A stretch of DNA of 64,000 nt. Origin: an uncultured Propionibacteriaceae bacterium. Lineage in GTDB: Bacteria; Actinomycetota; Actinomycetes; Propionibacteriales; Propionibacteriaceae. Positions 32,695 to 42,992 of the stretch are shown here, one piece after another. The first letter of the stretch is position 1. Each line of letters opens with the position of its first letter. The notes under the pieces were generated by a model that was not told the DNA's origin, ran no database searches, and was given only the letters and a program-made list of their open reading frames with translations. Location: contig CALBCJ010000032.1 in assembly GCA_937926975.1 (NCBI GenBank), forward strand, positions 2,355 to 66,354. Reading direction: 5' to 3'. A program made the position numbers and the translations under genes.

Positions 32695-35043
32695 GTGCCC
32701 ACGTCACACCTTGACCTGCCCCTCGCCCACGCCGGGAAGGTGCGCGAGCTGTACGCGACCGACCGCGACGACCAGCTCCTGCTGGTGGCGACCGACAGCA
32801 TCTCGGCCTTCGACCGGGTGCTGCCGACACCGGTCCCCGACAAGGGGGCGGTGCTCACCCAGCTCAGCACCTCGTGGCTGGGCCAGCTCGCCGACGTCGT
32901 ACCGAACCACCTCGTCAGCTCGCAGGTGCCACCACCTGTGGCCGGACGGGCGGTGGTCGTGGAGCGCCTGGAGATGGTCCCGGTGGAGTGCGTGGTCCGC
33001 GGCTACCTGGCGGGGTCCGCCTGGAAGGAGTACCGCGAGACCGGGCTGGTCGCCGGGATGGAGCTGCCGCGCCAGCTGCTGCAGGGCGAGCGGCTGGAGC
33101 GGCCGCTGTTCACCCCCGCCCGCAAGGCGCCGCAGGGAGAGCACGACGAGAGCATCACGTACGCCCAGCTGGCGCACAGCGTCGGGCCGGACCTGGCCCG
33201 CCAGCTCTGGCTGGCCTCCATGAAGCTGTACGTCCGGGCCGAGCGGATCGCCCGCTCGCGGGGCCTGATCCTGGTGGACACCAAGTTCGAGTTCGGCCGT
33301 CGCGCCGACGGCACCCTGGTGCTGGCCGACGAGGTGCTGACGCCGGACTCGTCGCGGTACTGGTCCGTGGCCGACTACCGGCCCGGGCAGGAGATGCCCG
33401 CCCTCGACAAGCAGCTGCTTCGGGACTGGCTGGCGACCGAGTCGGGATGGGACCCCGACAGCGGGCAGCCGGCCCCCGAGCTGCCGGCGGCGCTGGTGGC
33501 GGCGCTGCGCGACCGCTACACCGACCTCTTCCGGCGCCTCACCGGGTACGACATGACCCCGGCCGAGCCGTGGGTAGCACGGGCCGCCGCAGGGCAGGCA
33601 GCGTCAGCAGCGCCACCGGCTGGCGCCAGTGCTGTCTCGGGCCAGCCGGGAGACGACCTGGCTGAGAGCGCGACCCCCGCCCCGGAGGCTCAAGGCGCCG
33701 GCGCCCACCTGGACCCGGCCCAGGGCGAGTTCGCGTCCGGGCCCGGCACCCAGGGCGGGCTCGTCCCTCCAGCCCCCGACCCGGCGCTGAGCGGTGCTGG
33801 CGCCCCGGACGAGACGCCCGGTGGACCGGGTGCTGGTGCGGTCGGACCGCCTGTCGACCCGACCCTCGCGGACGAGCCGGCGACCGGCGGGCCGGAGCCA
33901 GCCACAAAGAGCGAGGCAGGCCCGCTGACCGGTGGTGCCGAGATCGAGCAGGCGCACGCGGAGGCCCGTGCGGCCGCCGACCTGCTGGACAACGACCTGA
34001 CGGTGGGGCTGGGAGGCGGCGCCGCTGCCGGCCCAGGTGCCGAGACGCTGCCGGCGCCGGCCGCCGGCGAGGCCATCAGCCAGGACCAGCTCGTCCCAGA
34101 CCAGGTCGCAGGGACAGGCCAGGTAGCCCAGCAGGGCCCGGAGGCTGCCGGTGAGCCCCTGGGTGGACCCGAGGTCGGCGAGCCGGCCGCGTACGAGACG
34201 GCAGACGGCCCCCTGGAGGCTGTGACTCAGGAGGTGGTGAGAGCAGAGGGCCTGGAAGGGCTCATCGACGGTGAGCCCGCGGCGGCTGAGCCGGAGCCCG
34301 GGCCGGCCGCTGGCGCCGCCGAGCTGGAAGGCAGCCCAGGCCAGGGTGTGCCGACGAGTGGTGCCGCGGTCGCCGCGCCACCACCTGACGCCGACCTGGT
34401 GGCGGGCGCCGGGGCAGACGAGGACGCCGCGTACAGGGCCGCTGCGCTCCCGCCCGCCGAGGGCCTGGCGCCAACCGGTGAGGTCCTGCCCGTCGCGGCT
34501 GAGGCCCCAGCCACCGCGGAGGGTGCAGGCGAGCTGCCGGGAGCGGCCGGGGTGCCGGTGGTCGGGCCGGGAGCGGCCGAGGAGCCGGCGGGTGCTGAAG
34601 CGGCGGCTGGAGCGGACGTGGCTGAGGCTGCTGGGGCGGACCATCCGTACCAGGTGGCGGCCGGACCGGCGGGTGCTGAGGGCTCGGTGGCAGACGAGAC
34701 CAGGACGGGTCCGGCCGAGCCGGACGCCCGCTACGACCACCGCGCCACGCAGGAGGCGGGGGTCGCCCACGACAGCAGCGGACCGACCACGACCCTCGTG
34801 GTCGAGGTGATGCCGAAGCCCGAGATCCTCGACCCGCAGGGCAAGGCCGTCACCGGGGCCCTGCGCCGGCTGGGGTTCGGCGGGCTGTCGGTCCGGCAGG
34901 GCAAGCGCTTCGAGGTCGTGGTCGACGGCGAGCTGAGCGACGACCTTCTCCAGCAGGTACGGCAGGCGGCTGAGACCCTGCTCGCGAACACCGTGATCGA
35001 GGACTTCAGGGTCGTCGTGCCCGAGGAGCAGGGGCAGGCATGA
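32695..35043 (+). CDS. purC: SAICAR synthase fused in frame to PurS through a roughly 400-aa low-complexity linker
   Basis: aa 1-295 are PurC ([28 protein letters not shown]). aa 701-782 are PurS ([17 protein letters not shown]). There is no in-frame stop between them. Confidence 0.8.
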   Translation: MPTSHLDLPLAHAGKVRELYATDRDDQLLLVATDSISAFDRVLPTPVPDKGAVLTQLSTSWLGQLADVVPNHLVSSQVPPPVAGRAVVVERLEMVPVECVVRGYLAGSAWKEYRETGLVAGMELPRQLLQGERLERPLFTPARKAPQGEHDESITYAQLAHSVGPDLARQLWLASMKLYVRAERIARSRGLILVDTKFEFGRRADGTLVLADEVLTPDSSRYWSVADYRPGQEMPALDKQLLRDWLATESGWDPDSGQPAPELPAALVAALRDRYTDLFRRLTGYDMTPAEPWVARAAAGQAASAAPPAGASAVSGQPGDDLAESATPAPEAQGAGAHLDPAQGEFASGPGTQGGLVPPAPDPALSGAGAPDETPGGPGAGAVGPPVDPTLADEPATGGPEPATKSEAGPLTGGAEIEQAHAEARAAADLLDNDLTVGLGGGAAAGPGAETLPAPAAGEAISQDQLVPDQVAGTGQVAQQGPEAAGEPLGGPEVGEPAAYETADGPLEAVTQEVVRAEGLEGLIDGEPAAAEPEPGPAAGAAELEGSPGQGVPTSGAAVAAPPPDADLVAGAGADEDAAYRAAALPPAEGLAPTGEVLPVAAEAPATAEGAGELPGAAGVPVVGPGAAEEPAGAEAAAGADVAEAAGADHPYQVAAGPAGAEGSVADETRTGPAEPDARYDHRATQEAGVAHDSSGPTTTLVVEVMPKPEILDPQGKAVTGALRRLGFGGLSVRQGKRFEVVVDGELSDDLLQQVRQAAETLLANTVIEDFRVVVPEEQGQA

Positions 35044-35711
35044 AGGTCGGGGTCGTCACCTTCCCCGGGTCCCTCGACGACCAGGACGCGCGGCGCGCGG
35101 TCCGGCTGACGGGGGCCGAGGCGGTGCCGCTGTGGCACGCCTCCGACTCTCTGCACGGGGTGGACGCCGTGATCCTGCCGGGCGGCTTCACGTACGGGGA
35201 CTACCTGCGCTGCGGCGCGATCGCCCGGTTTGCCCCGGTGATGACCGCGGTGGTCGAGGCCGCCGAGCAGGGACTGCCGGTGCTGGGGATCTGCAACGGC
35301 TTCCAGGTGCTCTGCGAGGCCCACCTGCTGCCGGGGGCGCTGACCCGCAACGTGGGGCGGACCTTCATCTGCCGCGAGCAGCGGCTGCGGGTCGAGACCC
35401 GCGACACGGTCTGGACCAACCAGTTCGGCCGGGGCGAGGAGATCACCATCGTCCTGAAGAACGGCGAGGGCTCCTACCAGGCCTCCGCCGAGACCCTGCG
35501 CCAGCTGGAGGAGCAGGACCAGGTGGTCATCCGCTACCTGGGCAACCCGAACGGCTCCGCCCACGACATCGCCGGCATCACGAATGCCCGGGGCAATGTC
35601 GTCGGGCTGATGCCGCACCCGGAGCACAGCATTGAGGAGCTGACCGGGCCAAGCCTCGACGGGCGGCGCTTCTTCGAGTCCCTGTACGCCTTCCTCGCGG
35701 TCGCTCGCTAA
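35040..35711 (+). CDS. purQ: phosphoribosylformylglycinamidine synthase, glutaminase subunit
   Basis: GICNGFQ catalytic Cys and MPHPEH motif. ATGA overlap with the purS stop. Confidence 0.95.
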   Translation: MKVGVVTFPGSLDDQDARRAVRLTGAEAVPLWHASDSLHGVDAVILPGGFTYGDYLRCGAIARFAPVMTAVVEAAEQGLPVLGICNGFQVLCEAHLLPGALTRNVGRTFICREQRLRVETRDTVWTNQFGRGEEITIVLKNGEGSYQASAETLRQLEEQDQVVIRYLGNPNGSAHDIAGITNARGNVVGLMPHPEHSIEELTGPSLDGRRFFESLYAFLAVAR

Positions 35712-36056
35712 GACCGGGCGGCGAGGACCAGCACCCAGAGCTCGCCTCGCCCGGTGGGAGGCTCTGGCCCAGGAGCAGGCCAGACCCGAAGCCTGGGAGC
35801 CCTCCGGGGCGGCCGGGGGAGGCGCCCCTGCCTGAGAGCCCTCGGCGAGTCGCGTGAGCCTGGCGGGTCTGCCCGTGAGACGCCGACCGCCGCCCCGCCG
35901 ACCTCCCAGCCCGGGCGATCTCTTTCTGGCAAGGGAAGACGGAAGATCACTGACCCGAGGTCAGAGCACTGGATGAGGTGTCGCTCACCTTCAACTTGAC
36001 ATGCTCCGAATTCCTGAGAAGATCTCAGCGTCCAGGTACGTGGAGGTTGGGGATCC

Positions 36057-36914
36057 GTGGTGACAAAGCGCCTGCTGGGTGTCGTGCTCGTGGCCCTGCT
36101 GGTGCTGGGTATCGCCACCCTGCCCCCGAGCGCCAAGGCTGAGGAGTCCGGGAAGGTGATCATCCCGGCGCCGTGCCCGCTGACGAAGCCGTACAACGCG
36201 AAGGCCTCGATGAGCGAGCTGCGCGACGGGATCGCCGAGAACTGGGGGTTCCGGATGGTTGGCTCCATGTGGACCGACTCCAGCTACCGGCCGCTGGTGA
36301 AGACGATCTGGCAGACCCTGGACGCGATCAGCTGCACCCCGTACCTGACCACCCTCATGAAGACCATGAACGGCCAGCTGACCCTGAACGCGACCTCGAT
36401 CCCGGGGTGGCCGGCCGGCGACTACGGGCTCACCATGGGCGGCGCGGTCAGCCTCGACTTCCCGCAGCTGCTGACCTCGTACCAGTCTGACCCGGGCCAC
36501 GTCTCGCGCCTGTTCGTGCACGAGCTGACCCACGCCTACACCTCGAACCGGTTCTCCAACCCCGAGTACTGGACCGAGTTCAGCAAGATCTACGGCAAGC
36601 TGGGCAAGTTCGGCGGCTACGGCGACGACCAGTCCGAGGCCTTCAGCGAGGTCATCGGCTTCTACGTGGCCCGCTGCGCGGAGCACAACCCCTACACGCC
36701 ACGCGAGGCGGCGTACTACGAGTACGCCAAGAAGATCTTCGGTGGCAAGGAGTTCGGGCCGGCGCTGGGCAAGCCGCTGGTCTGCGACGCCAAGAAGCTC
36801 GCCGAGCAGACCGCCGCCGAGGAGGCCGCCCGGTACGCCGAGTCCCGGGCCGTCGCTGAGCAGGTGGCGGCGCAGCGTGAGGCCGTCCGGGCCCAGATCG
36901 AGAAGCACAGCTGA
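36057..36914 (+). CDS. secreted zincin-like (HExxH) hypothetical protein
   Basis: Signal peptide ending AKAEE and a VHELTHAY motif. TTGACA (about 35993) with a possible -10 lies upstream. Confidence 0.6.
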   Translation: MVTKRLLGVVLVALLVLGIATLPPSAKAEESGKVIIPAPCPLTKPYNAKASMSELRDGIAENWGFRMVGSMWTDSSYRPLVKTIWQTLDAISCTPYLTTLMKTMNGQLTLNATSIPGWPAGDYGLTMGGAVSLDFPQLLTSYQSDPGHVSRLFVHELTHAYTSNRFSNPEYWTEFSKIYGKLGKFGGYGDDQSEAFSEVIGFYVARCAEHNPYTPREAAYYEYAKKIFGGKEFGPALGKPLVCDAKKLAEQTAAEEAARYAESRAVAEQVAAQREAVRAQIEKHS

Positions 36915-36921
36915 TGGTGCG

Positions 36922-37614
36922 TCACCGCTGCGCCTGACCGCCCGGGCTCGGGTTCGCCTGGGCTCCGCGGCCGTCACCACAGCTAAGCTCCACCAAGCAG
37001 CAGCCGGGGCGGACGAGGGGCCGCAGGCGGGCACGTCCGCCGACCTTTTCCAGCGCCCCGTCCAGCAGGCCCTGGTGCAGGCTGCACAGCGCCCGCAGGT
37101 CGGGGTCGGTGTGGGCCAGCGGGCAGCCCCAGAGCTCGACCGGGTCCTCGCCCCGAGGCTCGTACCCGAGCCGCTCCAGCACCTGCCAGAGGACTTCCTG
37201 AGGTCCACCGGAGCAGCCCTGGGCCAGGGTCCGGCCCCAGTACCGCCCGATCGCTGCCGCCTGGTCGAGGCGGCCACTCTCGGACAGGTAGCCCAGCACC
37301 ATCAGAGCGAGCTGGCGGTGGTCGGTGTCGGGGCCGTCGAGGGCCCGCCGTCCGGCCGGGGTGATCGCGTACACGTGAGGCGGGCGTCCCTGCCCAGCCG
37401 GCGGGCTCGGGGCCACCGTCACCAGGGCCAGGCGGGCCAGAGCCTCCAGGTGCTGCCGGGTGGCATTGGGATGGCCCCCCAAGGTCGCGGCCAGCAGCGA
37501 GAGGGGCGCCGGGGAGAGATCAGCGAGAAGCAGCAGCACCCGGCGCTGGGCGGGCGTCACCGGCGGGACCGCCGCAGCCGAGGGAGCGTCTGGCACGGCC
37601 CTCCTTGATGACAT
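36922..37614 (-). CDS. ArsR-like winged-helix transcriptional regulator
   Basis: RRVLLLLADLSPAPLSLLAATLGGHPNATRQHLEALARLALV is an HTH typical of ArsR/SmtB-like proteins. Confidence 0.65.
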   Translation of the reverse strand: MSSRRAVPDAPSAAAVPPVTPAQRRVLLLLADLSPAPLSLLAATLGGHPNATRQHLEALARLALVTVAPSPPAGQGRPPHVYAITPAGRRALDGPDTDHRQLALMVLGYLSESGRLDQAAAIGRYWGRTLAQGCSGGPQEVLWQVLERLGYEPRGEDPVELWGCPLAHTDPDLRALCSLHQGLLDGALEKVGGRARLRPLVRPGCCLVELSCGDGRGAQANPSPGGQAQR

Positions 37615-37740
37615 GTCGGCACCTGGCCCCGAACCCTACCCGGTGATGGTGACCTGCGCGCCTCGGCACGGCGGAGGGTCAGGCACAGCCCGCCGCGGCG
37701 CAGACCGCGGCCATGAGACGCAGCCGGTAGCGTAGCCCCC

Positions 37741-40008
37741 GTGACGACTGACACCGTGGCCCGCGCCGCCGAGACCCCCGAGCTGGAGCAGCCCTGGGCA
37801 GCGCTCGGGCTCAAGGAGGACGAGTACCAGCGGATCCGCGGCATCCTCAACCGTCGACCTACCGCCTGCGAGCTGGCGATGTACTCGGTGATGTGGAGCG
37901 AGCACTGCTCGTACAAGTCGAGCAAGGTGCACCTGCGGCTCTTCTCCCAGATCCCGCAGCAGACCCCGCGCGGGCCGCTGCTGGCCGGGATCGGCGAGAA
38001 CGCCGGCGTGGTGGACATCGGCAACGGCTGGGCGGTGACCTTCAAGATCGAGTCTCACAACCACCCCAGCTACGTCGAGCCGTACCAGGGCGCGGCGACC
38101 GGGGTCGGCGGGATCGTGCGCGACATCCTCGCCATGGGCGCCCGGCCGGTCGGGGTGATGGACTCGCTGCGGTTCGGTCCGCTGGACGCGCCAGACACGG
38201 CTCGGGTGCTGCCCGGGGTAGTCGCCGGGGTCGGCGGGTACGGCAACTGCCTGGGCCTGCCGAACATCGGCGGCGAGGTGGTCTTCGACGCCTCGTACGC
38301 GGGAAACCCCCTGGTCAACGCGCTCTGCGTCGGGGTGCTGCGGCACGAGGACCTGCACCTGGCGCACGCCTGCGGAGTCGGCAGCAAGGTGATCCTGTAC
38401 GGGGCGGCGACCGGCGGTGACGGGATCGGCGGCGCCTCGATCCTGGCGTCGGAGACCTTCGACACCGGTGGCGCTACCAAGCGGCCCGCGGTGCAGGTCG
38501 GTGACCCCTTCCTGGAGAAGCTGCTGATCGACTGCACCCTGGAGCTCTTCTCGACCGGGATCATCACCGGGATCCAGGACTTCGGCGCCGCCGGGCTGTC
38601 CTGCGCCACCTCCGAGCTGGCGTCGGCCGGCGACGGCGGGATGCACGTGGTGCTGGACTCGGTGCCGCTGCGCGACACCACCTTGACGCCCGAAGAGATC
38701 CTGATGAGTGAGTCTCAGGAGCGGATGATGGCCGTGGTCCGGTCCGAGGACGTGGACCAGTTCCTCAGCATCTGCGCCACGTGGGACGTGCTGGCGACCG
38801 TGGTCGGCGAGGTCACCGACACTGGTCGGCTCCAGATCGACTGGCACGGCGAGCGGGTGGTGGACGTCGACCCGCGCACCGTCGCCCACGAGGGCCCGGT
38901 GTACGAGCGGCCGTACGCCCGCCCGTACTGGATCGACGAGGTGATGTCGCGCCGCGCCGAGGACCTGCCGCGGCCGGTCACCAGCGACGAGCTGCGCGAG
39001 ACCCTGATGCGGCTGGTCGCCTCGCCGAACCTGTGCGACAAGTCGTGGGTCACCGACCAGTACGACCGGTTCGTCCGCGGGAGCTCAGTGCTGGCCCAGC
39101 CGGAGGACGCCGGGATGCTGCGGATCGACGAGGAGACCGGGCTCGGGATCGCCCTGGCGACTGACTGCAACGCCCGCTACGCCTTCCTCAACCCGTACCT
39201 GGGAGCGCAGCTGGCGCTGCTGGAGGCGTACCGCAACGTCGCGATCACCGGCGCCGAGCCGGTCGCAGTGACCGACTGCCTGAACTTCGGCTCCCCGGAG
39301 GACCCGAGTGTGCTGTGGCAGTTCCGGGAGACGGTCCTGGGGCTGGTCGACGCCTGCACCCAGCTCGGGGTCCCGGTGACCGGCGGGAACGTCTCGTTCT
39401 ACAACCAGACCGGTGACCAGGCGATCCTGCCGACCCCGACCGTGGGAGTGCTCGGGGTGATCGACCAGGTCGAGCGGCGCACCAGCTCCGGCTTCCGCAG
39501 CCCGGGTGACCAGGTCCTCCTGGTCGGGGAGACCCGCGAGGAGCTGTCCGGGTCGGCCTGGGCCGATGTGGTCCACGACCACCACCTGGGCGGCTTCCCG
39601 CCGCACGTCGACCTGGAGGCGCACCGGCGGCTGGCGCAGCTGTTTGTGGAGGCCTCGAAGCAGCGGCTGCTGTCGAGTGCCCACGACCTGTCTGAGGGTG
39701 GTCTGGCGATGGCGCTGGTGGAGTCGGCGCTGCGCTACAACCGGGGGGTGCTGGTCGGGCTGCCCGACGGTGACCCGTTCCTGGCGCTGTTCTCCGAGTC
39801 AGCCGGGCGGGTCCTGGTCTCGCTGCCGCCGGACCAGGTCCCGGCCTTCACCGCGCTCTGTGAGCAGCACCAGCTGCCGTGGACCGTTCTGGGTGAGGTG
39901 ACCGAGCAGCCCGAGCTGACGGTGGCGGGGCAGCTCAGCATCCCGCTGGATGAGATCCGAACCGCCTGGCAGGCGCCGATCCCGGCCGCGCTGGGCCAGC
40001 ACGGCTGA
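37741..40008 (+). CDS. purL: phosphoribosylformylglycinamidine synthase subunit PurL
   Basis: [20 protein letters not shown] and RFGP blocks over 755 aa. Confidence 0.95.
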   Translation: MTTDTVARAAETPELEQPWAALGLKEDEYQRIRGILNRRPTACELAMYSVMWSEHCSYKSSKVHLRLFSQIPQQTPRGPLLAGIGENAGVVDIGNGWAVTFKIESHNHPSYVEPYQGAATGVGGIVRDILAMGARPVGVMDSLRFGPLDAPDTARVLPGVVAGVGGYGNCLGLPNIGGEVVFDASYAGNPLVNALCVGVLRHEDLHLAHACGVGSKVILYGAATGGDGIGGASILASETFDTGGATKRPAVQVGDPFLEKLLIDCTLELFSTGIITGIQDFGAAGLSCATSELASAGDGGMHVVLDSVPLRDTTLTPEEILMSESQERMMAVVRSEDVDQFLSICATWDVLATVVGEVTDTGRLQIDWHGERVVDVDPRTVAHEGPVYERPYARPYWIDEVMSRRAEDLPRPVTSDELRETLMRLVASPNLCDKSWVTDQYDRFVRGSSVLAQPEDAGMLRIDEETGLGIALATDCNARYAFLNPYLGAQLALLEAYRNVAITGAEPVAVTDCLNFGSPEDPSVLWQFRETVLGLVDACTQLGVPVTGGNVSFYNQTGDQAILPTPTVGVLGVIDQVERRTSSGFRSPGDQVLLVGETREELSGSAWADVVHDHHLGGFPPHVDLEAHRRLAQLFVEASKQRLLSSAHDLSEGGLAMALVESALRYNRGVLVGLPDGDPFLALFSESAGRVLVSLPPDQVPAFTALCEQHQLPWTVLGEVTEQPELTVAGQLSIPLDEIRTAWQAPIPAALGQHG

Positions 40009-40116
40009 CGTCGGCTCGGGCCCTGGCCGCAGGTCTGCGGACGACCAGGCTCGGGGCCACGCTGAACGAGCGTCGGTGAGAACGAGCGTCGGTGAGGTCG
40101 GAGGCCTCGCTGAGAG

Positions 40117-40872
40117 TCAGGTCCAGACCCAGCTCGCGACCAGCTGGTCGAACCCCTGGGCGGCGGTCTCGGCGTCGGCTGGCTGAGACTCGGCGATCAC
40201 GATGAAGACCCGATCCTCGTGAGCGACACAGCGCATCATCTGGACCCGGGTCTTCCCTTCCATCCGGAACCCAGGAAAGTCCTCGCCCGACGGAAACGAC
40301 GCGGCCGGCAGCGGCGAGACCGTGCCCTCGGACCAGATGGCCGCCGAGCGAGCCTGCTTGTCGCAGAACGAGACCGGCGGGTTGCTGCTCACCCACGAGT
40401 AGACGATGATCTTGCTCTTGGTCTCAGAGTGGACCGCCCTGAGCAGGCTGCTGGGGTCGGATTCAAAGCTCCATCCGTCGGGCGGGGAGGCCGAGAACCC
40501 GGCCGAGACAGTGCTCGGCGCGGCGGTCGGGCGACGGACGGTCGACGTTGGGCTGGGGCTGTTCTGGGACACGGGGGTGGTCGTGGGCCAGCGCACCAGC
40601 ATCGTGACCACGATCCCGACCAGGACGACTGTGAGGGCGACCAGACTGACGGTGATGCTCAGGCGGAGCTGTCGTGGCTTCGGCGGGGCGGCGTAGCCGG
40701 TGGCGGTGTCTGCTTCGTACGGGCGCAGCGGAGGGGTTGGCGGGTTGGACCCGCTGGGGCCGACATAGGTGCTGGGGGACTGGTGCTCCGGGCCGCGACT
40801 GCTGTCGAGGTACGGGCCCTGTGGTGGCGTGCCGGTACCCGGCGGAAGCGGGGCATCTGGCTGGTGGCTCAT
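40117..40872 (-). CDS. single-pass membrane protein, paralog 1 (Pro-rich N-terminus, TM, extracytoplasmic domain)
   Basis: Shares the N-terminal GPYLDS..QSPSTYVGPSGSNPPTPPLRPY block with paralog 2 and the C-terminal Y.W...C...A...W.EGT...LP...FPGF...RC.AH..RV...VASW.W pattern with both paralogs. Confidence 0.6.
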   Translation of the reverse strand: MSHQPDAPLPPGTGTPPQGPYLDSSRGPEHQSPSTYVGPSGSNPPTPPLRPYEADTATGYAAPPKPRQLRLSITVSLVALTVVLVGIVVTMLVRWPTTTPVSQNSPSPTSTVRRPTAAPSTVSAGFSASPPDGWSFESDPSSLLRAVHSETKSKIIVYSWVSSNPPVSFCDKQARSAAIWSEGTVSPLPAASFPSGEDFPGFRMEGKTRVQMMRCVAHEDRVFIVIAESQPADAETAAQGFDQLVASWVWT

Positions 40873-40947
40873 GCTGCCTTCCTCAACGGTCCTGGTCAGG
40901 CAACCGCGCGAGGCGCGGTCCCGACGGTCTGTGTCGGTCGGGCCGGC

Positions 40948-42021
40948 TCATGCCCAGGACCAGCTGGCCACTACCTGGTCATAGGCCTGAGAGACGGCAT
41001 CGGCGTCCTCCGGGCGGGCCTCCGACTGGATGTTGTAGACCCGCCCGCCGTGGGCGAGGCAGCGATTCAGCTGGACGCTGGACGGGCTGTCCAGCCGGAA
41101 GCCAGGGAAGGGCTCGCCGGTCGTGAACGGCACCTCGGGCAGGGCCGTGATCGTGCCCTCGGTCCAGATCTGTGTCGCGCGGGTCTGCCTGTCGCAGAAG
41201 TCGATCGGCGGGCCGTCGGACTTCCACGAGTAGACGGTGATCTTGTTGTAGTTCCCGTCGATCAGCTTGACGTTGTTCCCGGCGCCCGTGTTGGGGTGGT
41301 AGCCCCAGCCGGGGGGCGGGGTGATCGAGAAGCCAGCGTCCGCGATCGTGGTGGGTCCGCCCTGGCTCACCTTCGTGGCCGGTGCCCTGGCCGCCGAGGA
41401 CGACCGGGCCTTGGAGGCAGCGGCCGACGTGCTGGCCTGAGCGGACGGGCTGGCCTGGGGTGCGGGCGCCGTCGCTGAGGCCGAGGGCCAGCGCACCAGC
41501 ATCGCGACCACGATCCCGATCAGGACGACGTTGAGAGCGAGGGCGACCAGGCCGACGGTGGTGCTCAGGTGGACCCGTCGTGGCTTCGACGGGGTGACGT
41601 ACCCCGTGGCGGTGTCTGCTCCGTACGGGCGCAGGGGAGGGGTTGGCGGGTTGGACCCGCTGGGGCCGACATAGGTGCTGGGGGACTGGTACTCCAGGCC
41701 GTGACCGCTGTCGAGGTACGGCCCAGACGAGGCACTGCGTCCACCGGGGCTCAGCGGCTCGGCTGGCTCGCTGGGGCCCTGCCCACCCGAGGTCAGTGGC
41801 CGGGCCGAGTCGCTGGAGCCCTGCCCGCCCGGAGCCGGCTCGCCCTGGCCGGGCGCCTGCTGGCCGGCCGGTGGGGGAGCCGCCGCCGAAAAGCGGTCGG
41901 GCTTGACGACAGTCGCGTCACGTCCAGGAGCGCTGGTCGGGCTCTGAGCGTCGGCCGCCCACGGAACCCCGCTACTCGATGGCGCTGCGTCCCGGGGTGA
42001 GTCACTTGGCTGCTGGTTCAT
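40948..42021 (-). CDS. single-pass membrane protein, paralog 2
   Basis: ATG at 42021 preceded by GGGAGG. Same architecture with a longer Pro/Ser/Gly-rich N-terminus. Confidence 0.6.
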   Translation of the reverse strand: MNQQPSDSPRDAAPSSSGVPWAADAQSPTSAPGRDATVVKPDRFSAAAPPPAGQQAPGQGEPAPGGQGSSDSARPLTSGGQGPSEPAEPLSPGGRSASSGPYLDSGHGLEYQSPSTYVGPSGSNPPTPPLRPYGADTATGYVTPSKPRRVHLSTTVGLVALALNVVLIGIVVAMLVRWPSASATAPAPQASPSAQASTSAAASKARSSSAARAPATKVSQGGPTTIADAGFSITPPPGWGYHPNTGAGNNVKLIDGNYNKITVYSWKSDGPPIDFCDRQTRATQIWTEGTITALPEVPFTTGEPFPGFRLDSPSSVQLNRCLAHGGRVYNIQSEARPEDADAVSQAYDQVVASWSWA

Positions 42022-42110
42022 GCTGCCTCCCGCGAGCAGTCTAGGCACGGTCAGGTCAACACGGAAACCGCGTTCAGGCAGCGTCCTGCGGGCAGGCTCG
42101 GGGTCGTGCC

Positions 42111-42836
42111 TCAGGCCCAGGCCCAGCTCGCCACGACCTCCGCGTACGCGGCGGCGACGGCGTCAGCGTCCTGCGGCACGGCTTTCGAGGTGAGGTTGAC
42201 GACCCGGCCCTGGTGCTGGGCGCAGCGCAGCACGTACCGGTGGCGTGGCCCGTCCAGCTGACTGCCGGGGAACGGGGTGCCCGCCACGGTGGCGTCTGGA
42301 AGGGCAGTGACGCTGCCCGCCTCGAAGGCCTGCACAGACCGAGCCTCGGCCAGGCACCGCTGCGCCGGGTCCTTCGTGGTGGTCCAGGAGTAGACAGTGA
42401 TGGTGTTGCCGTTCCCATCGACCATCTGGACGTCGTTTCCCTTGCCGCTGTCCGGGTGGAAGCCCCAGCCGGCGGGGGTTGTGACCGTGAACCCGGACGG
42501 CGAGGTGGAGGTGCCGCCCGCTGGCACAGGTACCGGCACGCTGCTGGAGACTCGCGGAGTGGACGACCTACTCGGGGCCACAGCGGCCGGCTGCCGGTCC
42601 TGCCAGGCCTGCCGGGCCCAGAGCGCCAGGCCAGCGGCCAGCAGGCCCAGCAGGACCACCGCGCCCACGACCCCGGTGATGACGACCCGCGCCGTACGGG
42701 GTGCCGCGGGCGGCTGCACGGGGTCCTGGACCTCGGAGGGTGCGTGACTGGCCTGGTGAGCCGGGGCTAGCCAGGCACTGGGAGGTTCCCGCGGGTCAGG
42801 GCGCTGCTGCTGGGGGCTGTGCTGAGGGTCGGTCAT
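42111..42836 (-). CDS. single-pass membrane protein, paralog 3
   Basis: ATG at 42836 (MTDPQHS). The rest of the 715-aa track ORF is antisense to the dipeptidase gene. Same C-terminal domain pattern ending VASWAWA. Confidence 0.6.
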   Translation of the reverse strand: MTDPQHSPQQQRPDPREPPSAWLAPAHQASHAPSEVQDPVQPPAAPRTARVVITGVVGAVVLLGLLAAGLALWARQAWQDRQPAAVAPSRSSTPRVSSSVPVPVPAGGTSTSPSGFTVTTPAGWGFHPDSGKGNDVQMVDGNGNTITVYSWTTTKDPAQRCLAEARSVQAFEAGSVTALPDATVAGTPFPGSQLDGPRHRYVLRCAQHQGRVVNLTSKAVPQDADAVAAAYAEVVASWAWA

Positions 42837-42992
42837 CGGCGTCTCCTGCAGGCTAGGACGGTGAACCCGCACGGTCAGTCGACGTTCTACCAGATCATCT
42901 GGCACCGCTGGCAGCGGGCGCAGAAAACGTACCCCGGTGAGGGAGCGGCAGGGCGGGCCCGGGTCACCAGGCCAGCGCCCTACAGTGGGGCC

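Noticed and set aside
35754-35999. 81-aa ORF in the purQ to zincin-like gene spacer
   Set aside because: Gly/Arg/Pro-rich off-frame composition and no RBS. The region fits better as a promoter/leader (TTGACA near 35993) for 36057..36914.
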